Source: an uncultured Actinomycetota bacterium (GTDB taxonomy: Bacteria; Actinomycetota; Actinomycetes; Mycobacteriales; Micromonosporaceae). Taken from it: a DNA stretch of 64,000 bases. The stretch's first letter is position 1, and each line of letters starts with the position of its first letter. This document shows, piece after piece, positions 38,811-50,818 of this stretch. Location: positions 80,355-144,354 of the forward strand of contig CAVWCL010000013.1 of the NCBI GenBank assembly GCA_963753485.1, written 5' to 3'. The notes below the pieces were generated by a model. It was given only the letters and a program-made list of their open reading frames with translations, was not told the origin of the DNA and ran no database searches. The translations under genes and the position numbers were made by a program.

Positions 38811-39939
38811 GTGAGCTCACCCGAGCGGTCCGATCTGCGGGCGCTGGTCCGCCGCTTCACCGAGCGCGAAATCGTGCCCGGGCTGGACGACTGGGAGCGC
38901 GACGGCGCGGTTCCTCGCGACCTGCACGAGGCGGCGGCCCGGGCGGGCCTGCTCGGCATCGGCTACCCGGAGGAGGTCGGCGGCGTCGGCGGTGGGCCCC
39001 TCGACGCCGCCACGGTGACCGAGGAGATCATCCTCGCCGGTGGCTCGTCCGGGGTCATCGCCGCGCTCTTCACCCACGGCATCGCCCTGCCACACCTCGT
39101 GGCCACCGGCGACGCCCACCTCATCGACCGGTACGCCCGGCCGACGTTGGCCGGCAGCATGATCGGCTGCTTGGCGGTGACCGAGCCCGGCGGCGGCTCG
39201 GACGTCGCCGCGCTGCGCGCCACCGCCCGGCACGACGGCGCCGATCTCCTGGTGAACGGCGCGAAGACGTTCATCACCAGCGGGATCCGGGCCGACTTCG
39301 TCACCACCGCCGTCCGCACCGGCGGCGCGGGGTACGACGGCCTGTCGCTGGTCGTCATCGACAAGGGCACCCCGGGTTTCGTCGTGGGCCCGCCGCTAGC
39401 CAAGCTCGGCTGGCACTGCTCGGACACCGCGGAGCTGGCCTTTACCGACGTACGGGTGCCGGTGGCCAACCTGGTCGGCACCGAGGGCAGCGGGTTTCGC
39501 CAGATCATGCGCAACTTCGCCAGCGAACGGATGTCGATGGCGGTGCAGGCGTGCGCCACCGCGCAGCGATGCCTCGACCTGACCGTGCGGTGGTGCCGCG
39601 ACCGCGAGACGTTCGGGGCCGCACTCGCCACCCGGCAGGTGGTCCGCCACCGGCTGGCCGGCATGGCCCAGCTCACCACGGTCGCCCGGGCCTACGTGTG
39701 GTCGCTCGTCGAGCGGCTGCACGCCGGCGACCGGCCGGCGCCGGCCGAGGTCGCCATGGCCAAGAACGCCGCCACCGCCGCCTGTGCCGAGGTTGTCGAT
39801 GCCGCCGTACAGTTGCACGGTGGCGCCGGGTACCTGCGTGGTTCCGAAGTGGAGCGTCATTACCGGGATGCGCGGATCATGGGCATCGGTGGCGGCACTA
39901 CCGAGATCATGAACGAAATCATCGCGAAGGGTCTGCTCG

Positions 39940-39956
<17 letters not shown>
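38811..39956 (+). CDS. acyl-CoA dehydrogenase
   Basis: 381 aa with ACAD pattern (CLAVTEPGGGSDVAAL, FITSG, GGAGYLRGSEVERHYRDARI..GGGTTEIM). Confidence 0.85.
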
Positions 39957-41543
<1,587 letters not shown>

Positions 41544-41547
<4 letters not shown>

Positions 41548-41659
41548 GCGCGAGGAGCGAGCGGGTGCGAGTACCGCAGCGCGAACGAAAGGCAGTCATG
41601 TGAGAACAAGGAGCGAGCGGGTGCGAGTACCGCAGCGCGAACGAAAGGCGGTCATGTGA
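41544..41659 (+). repeat. 2 x 56-bp tandem repeat (same MIRU-like family) exactly filling a gene junction
   Basis: GTGAGCGCGAGGAGCGAGCGGGTGCGAGTACCGCAGCGCGAACGAAAGGCAGTCAT and a near-identical second unit. GTGs at 41544 and 41600 and the gene start at 41656 are each GTGA-overlapped with the preceding stop. Confidence 0.9.
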
Positions 41660-43641
41660 GCGCGATGATGATTCGCCGGCTGCTGGTGGCGAACCGGGGT
41701 GAGATCGCCCGCCGGGTCTTCGCCACCTGCCGGCGGATGGGCATCGAGACGGTGGCGGTCTACGCCGACGCCGACCGGCGCGCCCGGCATGCCCGTGAGG
41801 CCGACCTCGCGGTACGGCTGCCCGGCCACTCGCCGGGCGAGACCTATCTGCGGGTGGACCAGATCGTGGCCGCCGCGAAGCGCAGCGGGGCCGACGGGGT
41901 GCATCCAGGCTACGGCTTCCTTTCCGAGCAGGCCGACTTCGCCGCCGCGGTCGGCGCCGCCGGGCTGGTCTGGGTCGGCCCACCAGCCGCCGCCATCGCC
42001 GCCATGGCGTCCAAAGTGGAGGCGAAAGCGCTGCTCGCGGCGGCCGGCGTACCGACGCTGCCGAGCTGGAACCAGCCGGCGGATATCACCGAGTTCCCGG
42101 TGCTGCTGAAGGCATCGGCCGGCGGTGGCGGGCGGGGCATGCGGATCGTCACCAACGCGGCCGACCTGGCCGACGCCCTGGCCGGTGCCCGGCGCGAGGC
42201 GCTCTCGGCGTTCGGCGACGACACCGTGTTCGGCGAACGCTATGTCGAGACGGGCCGCCACATCGAGGTGCAGATCTTCGCCGACACGCACGGCACCGTG
42301 CTCGCGTTCGGCGAACGGGAGTGCTCGGTCCAGCGGCGGCATCAGAAGATCATCGAGGAGTCCCCGTCGCCGGCCGTCGATGCCGGCCTGCGGACCCAGC
42401 TGAGCGAGGCGGCGGTGACGGCCGCCCGCGCGGTCGGCTATGTCGGCGCCGGCACGGTGGAGTTCCTGGTGGACCCGGACGGCCAGTTCTACTTCCTCGA
42501 GATGAACACCCGCCTGCAGGTCGAACATCCGGTGACCGAGTGCGTCACCGGTCTGGACCTGGTCCGGCTCCAGCTCGAGGTGGCCCAGGGACAACCGGTG
42601 ACGCCACCGCCCGAGCCTCGTGGGCACGCGATCGAAGCGCGCCTGTACGCCGAGGACCCGGCGAACGGGTGGCAGCCCGCGACCGGGGTGCTGCACCGCT
42701 TCCGCATCGATGCCGACGCCGAGTTCGCCGGCCTGGACCGGCCCGGGATCCGGGTCGACGCCGGGGTCACCGACGGCGACGAGGTCGGTATCCACTACGA
42801 CCCGATGCTGGCCAAGGTGGTCGCCTGGGCGCCGACCCGCGCCGAGGCGGCGCGCCGGCTCGCCACCGCCCTGCACCGGGCTCACCTGCACGGCGTGGTC
42901 ACCAACCGTGACCTCCTGGTGCGGGTCCTGCGCAGCGACGAGTTCCTGGCCGGCCGGACCGACACCGCGTTCCTGCACCGGCACCCAGAGGTGTTCGCAC
43001 CACTGGTCGACTCCCCCTCGGAATGCGCGGTGGCGGCGCTGGCCGCTGGGCTCGCGGCGGGTGCGGCCCGCCGCCGCGACCAGGCCTGGGGTGCGCTACC
43101 GGCGGGCTGGCGCAACGTGGCCGCCGCCGACCCGGTGGCCAGCTACCGCACGCCCAGTGGCGAGGTCGAGGTGAGCTACCGCCGGCACCGCACCGGATCC
43201 TCGGTGGACTGGTCCGGCGAGGGCGAGGTCGGCATCGTCGAGCTCACGCCCGACCTGGTCGTGCTCGAGGTGGCCGGGCTCACCCGGCGGTTCTCGGTCC
43301 AGACCGTCGGCGCGCACACCTATGTGGACTTCGACCAGGGTGCGATCGATCTCGTCGAGGTGCCGCGCTTCCCGCCGCCGGGCGCCGACCGGCCGGCCGG
43401 ATCACTGATCGCGCCGATGCCGGGCGCGCTGGTCCGGATCGCCGTCGCGGTCGGCGACCGGGTGGCCGGCGGCGACCTCCTGCTCACGCTCGAGGCGATG
43501 AAGCTGGAGCACGCGGTCCGGGCCCCGGAGCCCGGTGTGGTGACCGAGCTACCGGTGCCGACCGGAACCCAGGTGGAGGCCGGCGCGGTGCTCGCGGTCG
43601 TCACCCCCGACGACGACCTGCCGGTTGATGGCGAACCCTGA
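41656..43641 (+). CDS. acyl-CoA carboxylase biotin carboxylase + BCCP (alpha) subunit
   Basis: 661 aa with motifs LLVANRGEIA, HPGYGFLSE and EMNTRLQVEHPVTE, and the C-terminal biotinyl motif LEAMKLEH. Confidence 0.9.
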   Translation: MSAMMIRRLLVANRGEIARRVFATCRRMGIETVAVYADADRRARHAREADLAVRLPGHSPGETYLRVDQIVAAAKRSGADGVHPGYGFLSEQADFAAAVGAAGLVWVGPPAAAIAAMASKVEAKALLAAAGVPTLPSWNQPADITEFPVLLKASAGGGGRGMRIVTNAADLADALAGARREALSAFGDDTVFGERYVETGRHIEVQIFADTHGTVLAFGERECSVQRRHQKIIEESPSPAVDAGLRTQLSEAAVTAARAVGYVGAGTVEFLVDPDGQFYFLEMNTRLQVEHPVTECVTGLDLVRLQLEVAQGQPVTPPPEPRGHAIEARLYAEDPANGWQPATGVLHRFRIDADAEFAGLDRPGIRVDAGVTDGDEVGIHYDPMLAKVVAWAPTRAEAARRLATALHRAHLHGVVTNRDLLVRVLRSDEFLAGRTDTAFLHRHPEVFAPLVDSPSECAVAALAAGLAAGAARRRDQAWGALPAGWRNVAAADPVASYRTPSGEVEVSYRRHRTGSSVDWSGEGEVGIVELTPDLVVLEVAGLTRRFSVQTVGAHTYVDFDQGAIDLVEVPRFPPPGADRPAGSLIAPMPGALVRIAVAVGDRVAGGDLLLTLEAMKLEHAVRAPEPGVVTELPVPTGTQVEAGAVLAVVTPDDDLPVDGEP

Positions 43642-43652
43642 GGAGGGCCCCG

Positions 43653-44813
43653 GTGAACCTCGACTACACCCCCGAGCAGGAGCAGCTGCGCACCGCCGTC
43701 CGCGCACTCGGCCGGCGCTACGGGCACGCGTACTTCGTCGCCAAGGCAAAGTCCGGACAGCACACCGACGAGCTGTGGGCCGAGGCGGGGAAGCTGGGCT
43801 ACCTCGGGGTCAACCTGCCGACCGAGTACGGCGGCGGCGGCGGCGGGATCACCGAGTTGGCCCTGGTCTGTGAGGAACTGGCGGCGGCGGGCTGCCCACT
43901 GCTGCTGCTGGTCGTCTCGCCGGCGATCGCCGGGACCATCATCGCCCGGCACGGCACCGCGACGCAGCGCCACCAGTACCTGCCGGGAATCGCCGATGGC
44001 AGCCTGAAGATCGTCTTTGCCATCACCGAGCCGGAGGCGGGGTCGAACTTCCACCGGCTCGCCACCGTGGCCCGCCGCGACGGCGATGACTGGCTGATCA
44101 GCGGGCGCAAAAGCTTCATCTCCGGGGTGGACGAGGCCCCGCTGGTGCTGGTGGTCGCCCGTACCGAGGATGCCGCCTCCGGCCGCCTGCAGCCGGCGCT
44201 GTTCGTGGTGCCGACGGACGCGGCCGGCCTGACCCGCTCGCAGCTGGAGATGGAGATCGTCTCGCCGGAGAACCAGTGGTTGCTCTACCTCGACGAGGTG
44301 CGGGTGCCGGCCGAAGCGCTGATCGGCGAGGATACGCAGGTGGGCCTGCCGGCGCTGTTCGCGGGGCTCAACCCGGAACGGATCACGGTGGCGGCGATGG
44401 GCGCCGGCTCGGCACGCTATGCGCTGGACCGGGCGTCGTCCTATGTGGGCAACCGGAGTGTCTGGGGTCGGCCGATCGGGTCCCACCAGGGTGTCGCCCA
44501 TCCGTTGGCGCACGCGCACATCCAGGTCGAGCTGGCCCGGCTCATGGTGGCCCGGGCGGCGTCACTCTACGACACCGGGCGCGACCTGGAGGCCGGGATC
44601 GCCGCCAACATGGCCAAATACGCCACCGCCGAGGCCGCCACGCTCGCCGTCGACACCGCGATCCAGGTGCACGGCGGCAACGGCATGACCACCGAGTACG
44701 GTGTGGCCACGCTGCTCGGCGGGGTTCGCGCCGGGCGGATCGCCCCGGTAAGCCGCGAGATGATCCTCAACTTCATGGCCCAGCACGTGCTGGGACAGCA
44801 GAAGTCCTACTGA
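43653..44813 (+). CDS. acyl-CoA dehydrogenase
   Basis: 386 aa with ACAD pattern (FAITEPEAGSN, FISG, HGGNGMTTEYGV). Confidence 0.85.
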   Translation: MNLDYTPEQEQLRTAVRALGRRYGHAYFVAKAKSGQHTDELWAEAGKLGYLGVNLPTEYGGGGGGITELALVCEELAAAGCPLLLLVVSPAIAGTIIARHGTATQRHQYLPGIADGSLKIVFAITEPEAGSNFHRLATVARRDGDDWLISGRKSFISGVDEAPLVLVVARTEDAASGRLQPALFVVPTDAAGLTRSQLEMEIVSPENQWLLYLDEVRVPAEALIGEDTQVGLPALFAGLNPERITVAAMGAGSARYALDRASSYVGNRSVWGRPIGSHQGVAHPLAHAHIQVELARLMVARAASLYDTGRDLEAGIAANMAKYATAEAATLAVDTAIQVHGGNGMTTEYGVATLLGGVRAGRIAPVSREMILNFMAQHVLGQQKSY

Positions 44814-44820
44814 CGCCGCC

Positions 44821-45843
44821 TCAGCGCAGCGGCGGCAGTCCGGGGGCTGGCAGCGCGGTCGAGCGCAATGTCGGGGTGTCCCCGGCGAGTCGGGCCAGAC
44901 CCGGCAGGCCGGTGACTTCGGAGGCCTGGGTGGGCTCGTCCTCCGACGGCGAACGCGGGGCCGGCGGTCCGCGATCGGGCAACACCGGCCGCAGGATCAT
45001 CGTCGGGTCCGGGTCGCGGTGCACGCCGTCCAACTCGTCGCGCACGTGGGCGGCGGTGGGCCGGGCATCGGGGTTGTTGGCCATGCCGCGGCGCAGCAAG
45101 GCGGTGATCTCGACCGGTACGCCCGGCAGGTCGGGCACCGGCTCGGCGAACATGTCGACCAGAGAGGCGATCGTCGGGTTATAGCCCTCACGCCAGCGCG
45201 GCGGCCGGCCGCGGATCAGCGCGTAGAGAGTGGCGCACAGAGCGTAGACATCGGAGGCCGGCACCGGCCGGCCGTGATGGAACATCTCCGGCGCCGCATA
45301 GGCGGGCGTCAGCTCGATGGTGATCGATGACTCCCGGGTCTCGGCCAGCACGGCGAGGCCGAAGTCGGCCAACGCGGGCTCGCCAAACCGGGTGATGAGC
45401 AGGTTGGCCGGCTTCACGTCACGGTGCAACACGCCGAGGGCGTGGGCATCGGCGAGCGCGTCGGCGATCCGGGCACCGACGTATCTGGCCTCCGCGGCCT
45501 CGAGCGGGTTGGACGTCATCCGCTCCGCGTAGGTGCCCTCACAGAGTTCCATGATCATGTATGGATGCCCGTCGACGGTGACGCCGACATCGAAGAGATC
45601 CACCACATGCGGATGGCTGGACATCCGGCCGGCCGCCCGGGCCTCACGCAGGAACCGGCGTTGATCCTTGTCGCTCTCCAGCGTGCGGTTTTCGACCTTG
45701 ACCGCGACCTCCCGGTCCACCGACCGCTGCCAGGCCCGGTAGACGGTCGCGTAGCCGCCGCGGGCGAGCACTGCCAGGTCGCTCAAACCGGGCACCTCCG
45801 GCAGGGCGACCGGTTTCGCGTCGTTCGACGGCGCTTCGCTCAC
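44821..45843 (-). CDS. Ser/Thr protein kinase (soluble, no sensor domain)
   Basis: Hanks motifs GGYATVY, VAVK, HRDVKPANLL, DFG and APE. GTG 45843 is chosen because upstream ORF residues are Arg/Pro shadow. Confidence 0.8.
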   Translation of the reverse strand: MSEAPSNDAKPVALPEVPGLSDLAVLARGGYATVYRAWQRSVDREVAVKVENRTLESDKDQRRFLREARAAGRMSSHPHVVDLFDVGVTVDGHPYMIMELCEGTYAERMTSNPLEAAEARYVGARIADALADAHALGVLHRDVKPANLLITRFGEPALADFGLAVLAETRESSITIELTPAYAAPEMFHHGRPVPASDVYALCATLYALIRGRPPRWREGYNPTIASLVDMFAEPVPDLPGVPVEITALLRRGMANNPDARPTAAHVRDELDGVHRDPDPTMILRPVLPDRGPPAPRSPSEDEPTQASEVTGLPGLARLAGDTPTLRSTALPAPGLPPLR

Positions 45844-45943
45844 GCCAAGAACGGTACGCCACGCCACCCGCCAACGGCGTCGCCCGAGACGACATTTGGG
45901 TCCCGGTGACGCCCGCGGCCGCCCGTCCGGCCCGCAAGGACGG

Positions 45944-48900
45944 TCAGTCGCGCGGCGGCCCGCCGACCGCGACCTGCACCGCGTCGGCGGCCGCCCGTTC
46001 GCTGCGCTGCTGGGTGGCGTAGGCGTCGCGCACCGCGTCGGCCGCCACCACCCGGGCCTCCTCCCCCGCCCCGGTCGCGGCCAGCGTCCGGGCGAGCACC
46101 AGAGCCATCGCGACCCGGCTGCGCACGTCCTCGGCCGGCAGCGCGGCGCCCCGCCGGGCGACGTCGAGAGCCTCGTCGGCCCGACCACAGGCGAGCAACG
46201 CCTCCGCGTAGCCGGCAAAGGCGACCCGGCGGGAGAGCAGGACCGCCGGTTCGTCCGGTGCCGCGATCACGTCGCCCAGCGCGGCCAGAGCGCCATCGAG
46301 ATCGCCGACCGCCAGCCGGGCCCGACCGACCAGGATCTGCGGCGCCACCCGGGCCGCCTCGACCACGCCGTGCGGCTCGAGGAAGGAGAGCACCGCCTGG
46401 GCGTCGGACTCAGCCCCGGCCGGGTCGCCTGACTCCAGCAACACGAAACCCCGGGCGGTCGAGGCGATCGCGACCAGCAATGGATGCCCGGTACGGGCGC
46501 CGTACTTGCACGCCTCGCCGAGCAGGTCGATGGCGTGGGCCGGTTCGTCGAGCCCGCGGGCGACCGATCCGCGCACCACGAGTGCCAGGCCCCGGCCCCA
46601 GTCGTCGTTGATCGCGTCGAACTCCCGGTAGGCCTGGCGGGCCTGCCGGTCGGCCGAGGTGAGGTCGCCCAACTCGGCGGCGGCGAACGCCTCCACCGCG
46701 CGCAGGGTGCCGACCGCCCAGCGCTCGCCGACCCGCTCACCAAACGGCAGGAAAGCGTTGGCCAGCCGCCGGGCGTCCTGCAACCGGCCAGCGAGCAGCC
46801 TGGTGAATGCCGTCGTGCCCCGCAGCCAGGCTCGACCCGACACGTCGCCCAGCGCGGCGAAGAGGCGGGCCGCCCGTACCAGCGCATCGTCGGCCGCGCA
46901 GAAATCGCCGACGCTGGTCGCCACCCAGGTGAGGTTCTGCAGCGCCCACGCCTCGCCCCGCCGATCACCCGCCTCCTCGGCGATCGCCAGGGCCTGGCCG
47001 AACACCTGCTCGGCCGCGCGCAGCCGGCCCTGGTGGTAGTCCTCCATCCCGATGCGCCGCAGTACCTCGGCACGCTCGGTCGGCAGCTTCGCAGCGCTCG
47101 CCACCGCCAGCGCTTGTTGCCAGGCCTGGTCGCCGCGGTCGTCATCGCCGAGCATCCGGTAGGCGCGGCCGGCCAGCACCAGCGCCCGGGCCCGGCTGGC
47201 CGGGTCGGCCCGATCGTCGGCGATCACCGCCTGGGCGTCGACCAACGCGTCGGCCGGCCGCCCCAGCTGGAACAGGGCGCTGCCGTGCACCAGCCGGTCG
47301 GCCACGCGCGGCTGCCCGCCGTTGAGCGCGCCGGCCCGCGCGGCCAGCTCGGCCGATTGACGGGGCTCACCGGCGCGGATCGCCCGGTGGGCCAGCCGGC
47401 CCAGCGCGGCGACCCCGGCCGGTGCGGCCGACCGGGCCGCGGCATCCGGGCGCAGGCTCACCTCGTCGGCCAATGCCGCGGCCCGCTCGGCGTGGTCGGC
47501 GATGAACGCGTCGAGCGCGTCCGCGCTCCAGCCCAGGCTCGCCACCGGCGCTGTCAGCCCGGCGGCCCACCGCACCAGCCGGGCGTGTCGCTCGGCCAGG
47601 TCCGCCTTGCCGACTCCGGCGTACGCGGCCTCCCGCATGAGCGGGGTCGCGAAGACATAGCCGCCGCGCGTGCGCAACAGCATCCGCCGGCTGAGCAACT
47701 CCTCGATCGCCCGGTCGAGGTCGACCGCGGCCACCGCCGCCGGCCGGGTGTCCGTTGTGGACCGGTACTCGCGGACGGCCGCCAGCGCCGCCGACGGAAC
47801 CGCGTCACCGACCACCGCAGCGTCGCGCAGCACGGCCCGCGACGCGACCGGCAGGGCGTCGATCCGGGCGGCCAGGAGCGCGGCCAGATCGCGGCTGAGC
47901 AGGCCGCCGGCGAGCGACTGTGGCGCCAGCCGCCAACCAGCACCGTCGGCCACCAGCGCCCCCCGCTCGAGCAGCAGGGTCACCAGCTCGGCCAGGTAGA
48001 ACGGGTTGCCGTGGGCGGTCGCCAACAGACGGTCCGCGTCGGCCGGCGCCGGCCGGCCGCCACCGAGGTACGCCGTGAGCAACCGGGACGCGTCGGCACC
48101 CCGCAGCGGAGCCAGTGGGTGCACCTCGGCGTCGGCGAGGCGGGTCAGCGCGCCCGCGGTGCGGACCATCTCGGGCTGGCCCAGGAGAAGCACCAGCACC
48201 GGGCCGGTCATCAGGTTGAGCATGGCGCCGAGCGCGTCGACCGTCTGCGAGCTGGCGTCGTGCAGGTCGTCCACGATGATCACCAGTGGGCCCTCGGCCG
48301 ACAGGGCGGAGAGCAGGTCGGCCACGGCGGCCGGCGCTGTCTCGGTCTCCGCCTCCGACTGGTCCAGGCCCGGTTCGAGCCGGCTGTCGCGGGACATCGG
48401 CGGGTCGGCGTAGCCGAGCAGGGCGAGCAACTGCTCGACCTGCAACCGTGGCCGGGTACCGGCCCGGCGCGCGATCACCTGCGCGACCCGGCGCAGACGT
48501 TCCTCGACGACGCCTCGGGTGACCGCGGTGCCGGGGGAGTCGGGTAGGCCGATCGCCACCCGAACCAGATCGGCGAGCGGCCCGAGGCGCCAGCGCTCGC
48601 CGTAGGCGGCGCAGCGCACCGAGAGCACCCGGGCGCCGCCGCCGGGGGTGCGGTCGAACCCGCCGGCGATCTGGGCGGCCTCGGCCGCGATCCTGCTCTT
48701 GCCCAGTCCCGCCTCGCCAGTGAAGACGAGCACCCTCGGTTCGTCGCGTTCGGCCGCCTCGGTCAGCCGGCTCGCCACCAGCGCCATCTCCGTTTCGCGC
48801 CCGACGAACGGCCCCTCGTCGCCCAGCCCCGAGCGGGTCCCCGGCGCGTCGAGCGGACCGAGCAGCTCATACGCCTCGACGGCGAGCCGCTTCCCCTTGA

Positions 48901-49495
48901 GCCGCAGCGGCAACAGCCGTCGCCAGGACGCGATGTGCCGGGTCGCGGTGCTGGTCGCGGCACCCGCGTAGACGGCACCGACCGCAGCCGCGTCGGCCAG
49001 GCGAGCCGCGGTGTTGACCGTGTCGCCGACGACGGTGTACTCCAGCGACGCCTGGACGCCGGCCACCACCTCCCCGGTGTTCACGCCGATACGCAGGCCG
49101 GCGGGGACCCCGCCGCCGCGCTCCTCGTCGAGCACCCGGCGCACCGCCCGCTGCATGGCCATGGCCGCCCGCACCGCTCGCTCAGGGTCGTCGCCATGGG
49201 CCACCGGGGCGCCGAAGACCGCCATGATGCCGTCCCCGGTCAGCTTGTCGACATGACCGCCAAACGTCTTGACCGCACCCGCCAGGGCCGCCAGCACGCG
49301 GTCGGTGACCGCGCCGACCCGCTCGGGATCGACGCTCTCCGCCCATGCGGTGAACTCGGAGAGGTCACCGAAGATGACGGTGACCACCTTGCGCTCGGCC
49401 GCCGGCAACCCGTCCATGGCCGGTAGCGCGGCACCGCAGTTATGGCAGAAGCGGGCCCCCGGCACGGTCACCGTACTGCAGACGGGACACGTCAC
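45944..49495 (-). CDS. class III adenylate/guanylate cyclase fused to AAA ATPase and TPR repeats
   Basis: N-terminal zinc ribbon CPVCSTV..CHNCG. Cyclase domain VTVIFGDLSEFT..GDGIMAVFG..VNTGEVV..GDTVNTAARL. P-loop GEAGLGKSRIAAEAA. Long TPR-like C-terminus with no HTH seen. GTG 49495 overlaps the stop of the upstream gene. Confidence 0.8.
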   Translation of the reverse strand: MTCPVCSTVTVPGARFCHNCGAALPAMDGLPAAERKVVTVIFGDLSEFTAWAESVDPERVGAVTDRVLAALAGAVKTFGGHVDKLTGDGIMAVFGAPVAHGDDPERAVRAAMAMQRAVRRVLDEERGGGVPAGLRIGVNTGEVVAGVQASLEYTVVGDTVNTAARLADAAAVGAVYAGAATSTATRHIASWRRLLPLRLKGKRLAVEAYELLGPLDAPGTRSGLGDEGPFVGRETEMALVASRLTEAAERDEPRVLVFTGEAGLGKSRIAAEAAQIAGGFDRTPGGGARVLSVRCAAYGERWRLGPLADLVRVAIGLPDSPGTAVTRGVVEERLRRVAQVIARRAGTRPRLQVEQLLALLGYADPPMSRDSRLEPGLDQSEAETETAPAAVADLLSALSAEGPLVIIVDDLHDASSQTVDALGAMLNLMTGPVLVLLLGQPEMVRTAGALTRLADAEVHPLAPLRGADASRLLTAYLGGGRPAPADADRLLATAHGNPFYLAELVTLLLERGALVADGAGWRLAPQSLAGGLLSRDLAALLAARIDALPVASRAVLRDAAVVGDAVPSAALAAVREYRSTTDTRPAAVAAVDLDRAIEELLSRRMLLRTRGGYVFATPLMREAAYAGVGKADLAERHARLVRWAAGLTAPVASLGWSADALDAFIADHAERAAALADEVSLRPDAAARSAAPAGVAALGRLAHRAIRAGEPRQSAELAARAGALNGGQPRVADRLVHGSALFQLGRPADALVDAQAVIADDRADPASRARALVLAGRAYRMLGDDDRGDQAWQQALAVASAAKLPTERAEVLRRIGMEDYHQGRLRAAEQVFGQALAIAEEAGDRRGEAWALQNLTWVATSVGDFCAADDALVRAARLFAALGDVSGRAWLRGTTAFTRLLAGRLQDARRLANAFLPFGERVGERWAVGTLRAVEAFAAAELGDLTSADRQARQAYREFDAINDDWGRGLALVVRGSVARGLDEPAHAIDLLGEACKYGARTGHPLLVAIASTARGFVLLESGDPAGAESDAQAVLSFLEPHGVVEAARVAPQILVGRARLAVGDLDGALAALGDVIAAPDEPAVLLSRRVAFAGYAEALLACGRADEALDVARRGAALPAEDVRSRVAMALVLARTLAATGAGEEARVVAADAVRDAYATQQRSERAAADAVQVAVGGPPRD

Positions 49496-50283
49496 GGCCG
49501 GTCCAACCGCTCCGATGGGGTGCTCGATTCCCCCGCGGCGTCCAGGTACGCGAGTTGGGCCCGCACCGAAAGCTCGGCCGCCGGCCACAGCGACCGATCG
49601 ACATCCCCGTAGGCCGCCGCCACCACCTCGGCCGGGGTGGCCGCGCCGCGCTCCCGGGCGGTGCGCACCTGCTCCAGCCGGGCCAGGCGGTGCTCGAGGT
49701 AGAAGCGGGCCGCGGCGGCACAGTCGGCCAGCGCGGGGCCGTGCCCGGGCAGCACCGGTACACCCTCGAACCGCGCCAGTACGCGCAGGCTCGTCAGGTA
49801 CTCGGCCAGATCCCCGTCTGGGTAGGCGACCACGGTGGTGCCGCGGCCCAGGATCGTGTCGCCGGCGAAGACGACGCGCTCGTCGCCGTGTTCGGCGAGG
49901 AAACAGACCGAGTCGGCGGTGTGGCCGGGCGTCGCGATCGTGGCCACGCTCACCCCGGCCCAGGTGTCCGGCTCCGGACCCGGACGGTGCGCGCGGGCGC
50001 CGGTGAGCTCGCAGAGCCGGGGCAGGCCGGCGACATGATCGGGATGGTGGTGGGTCGCCACCACCGTATGGACCGGACCACCGCCGGCAACCTCGGCCAG
50101 ATGCTCCTCGAGCAGCGGACCCGGATCGATCACCAGCGCCTCGTCGGCGCCGGGTGCTCGCACAACCCAGGTGTTGGTGCCGTCGAGGGTCATCGGGCCG
50201 GGGTTGGCCGCCGTGACCAGGCTGACCCAGCCCGGGAGCCGCGCCAGCAGTGCCGCCGCCGGGGTGGTGACGTGCCTCACCAT
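49492..50283 (-). CDS. MBL-fold metallo-hydrolase
   Basis: HHHPDH motif (VVATHHHPDHVAG), 263 aa. Position matches Mtb Rv3677c. Confidence 0.8.
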   Translation of the reverse strand: MVRHVTTPAAALLARLPGWVSLVTAANPGPMTLDGTNTWVVRAPGADEALVIDPGPLLEEHLAEVAGGGPVHTVVATHHHPDHVAGLPRLCELTGARAHRPGPEPDTWAGVSVATIATPGHTADSVCFLAEHGDERVVFAGDTILGRGTTVVAYPDGDLAEYLTSLRVLARFEGVPVLPGHGPALADCAAAARFYLEHRLARLEQVRTARERGAATPAEVVAAAYGDVDRSLWPAAELSVRAQLAYLDAAGESSTPSERLDRP

Positions 50284-50334
50284 GTCAGCGATGGTACGGC
50301 GCCCGCCGGGGTTGGCTGGTTACCAGCCGTACGT

Positions 50335-50793
50335 TCAGGCAACCTCGAAGATCGCCTCGACCTCTACCGGGACGCCGAGCGGGAGCTCATACACCCCGAT
50401 CGCGCTGCGGGCGTGCCGGCCGGCCTCGCCGAAGACGTCGACGAGGAACTCGCTGGCGCCGTTGATCACTGCGGGCTGGCCGGTGAAACCCTCGGCGGAG
50501 GCGACGAAGCCGACCACCTTGACCACCCGGACAATCTGGTCCAGCCCGACCAGCGCGTCCGCCGCGGCGATTGCCTGCAGGGCGCAGCGGGCGGCGAGCT
50601 CCTTGGCCCGTTGCGGGGACACCTGAGCGCCGACCTTTCCGGTGGCGAGCACCGCACCGTCGGCCATCGGCACCTGGCCCGAGACGTAGACGTGGTTGCC
50701 GGTACGCACCGCCGGCAGGTACGCGGCGAGCGGCGAGGTCACCGGGGGCAGCTCGACGCCCAGCTCGGCCAGCCGGGCCCGGGCCCCACTCAT
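50335..50793 (-). CDS. RidA/YjgF-family protein
   Basis: 152 aa with a YjgF-like C-terminal pattern (RSAIGVYELPLGVPVEVEAIFEV). Confidence 0.8.
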   Translation of the reverse strand: MSGARARLAELGVELPPVTSPLAAYLPAVRTGNHVYVSGQVPMADGAVLATGKVGAQVSPQRAKELAARCALQAIAAADALVGLDQIVRVVKVVGFVASAEGFTGQPAVINGASEFLVDVFGEAGRHARSAIGVYELPLGVPVEVEAIFEVA

Positions 50794-50818
50794 GGCGCCG
50801 CCTGGCTGCGCTCGCTGA

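Noticed and set aside
41596-42984. 462-aa minus-strand ORF opposite the biotin carboxylase gene (similar ones at 3184-4518, 4830-6200, 7765-8871, 21271-22566 and 43320-44519)
   Set aside because: All lie antisense to genes with clear family motifs and have Arg/Pro/Gly-dominated translations. They are treated as GC-driven open frames.
46484-48547. 687-aa plus-strand ORF inside the cyclase-ATPase-TPR gene
   Set aside because: Antisense shadow ORF with no recognisable domain. The opposite strand carries a continuous multi-domain protein.
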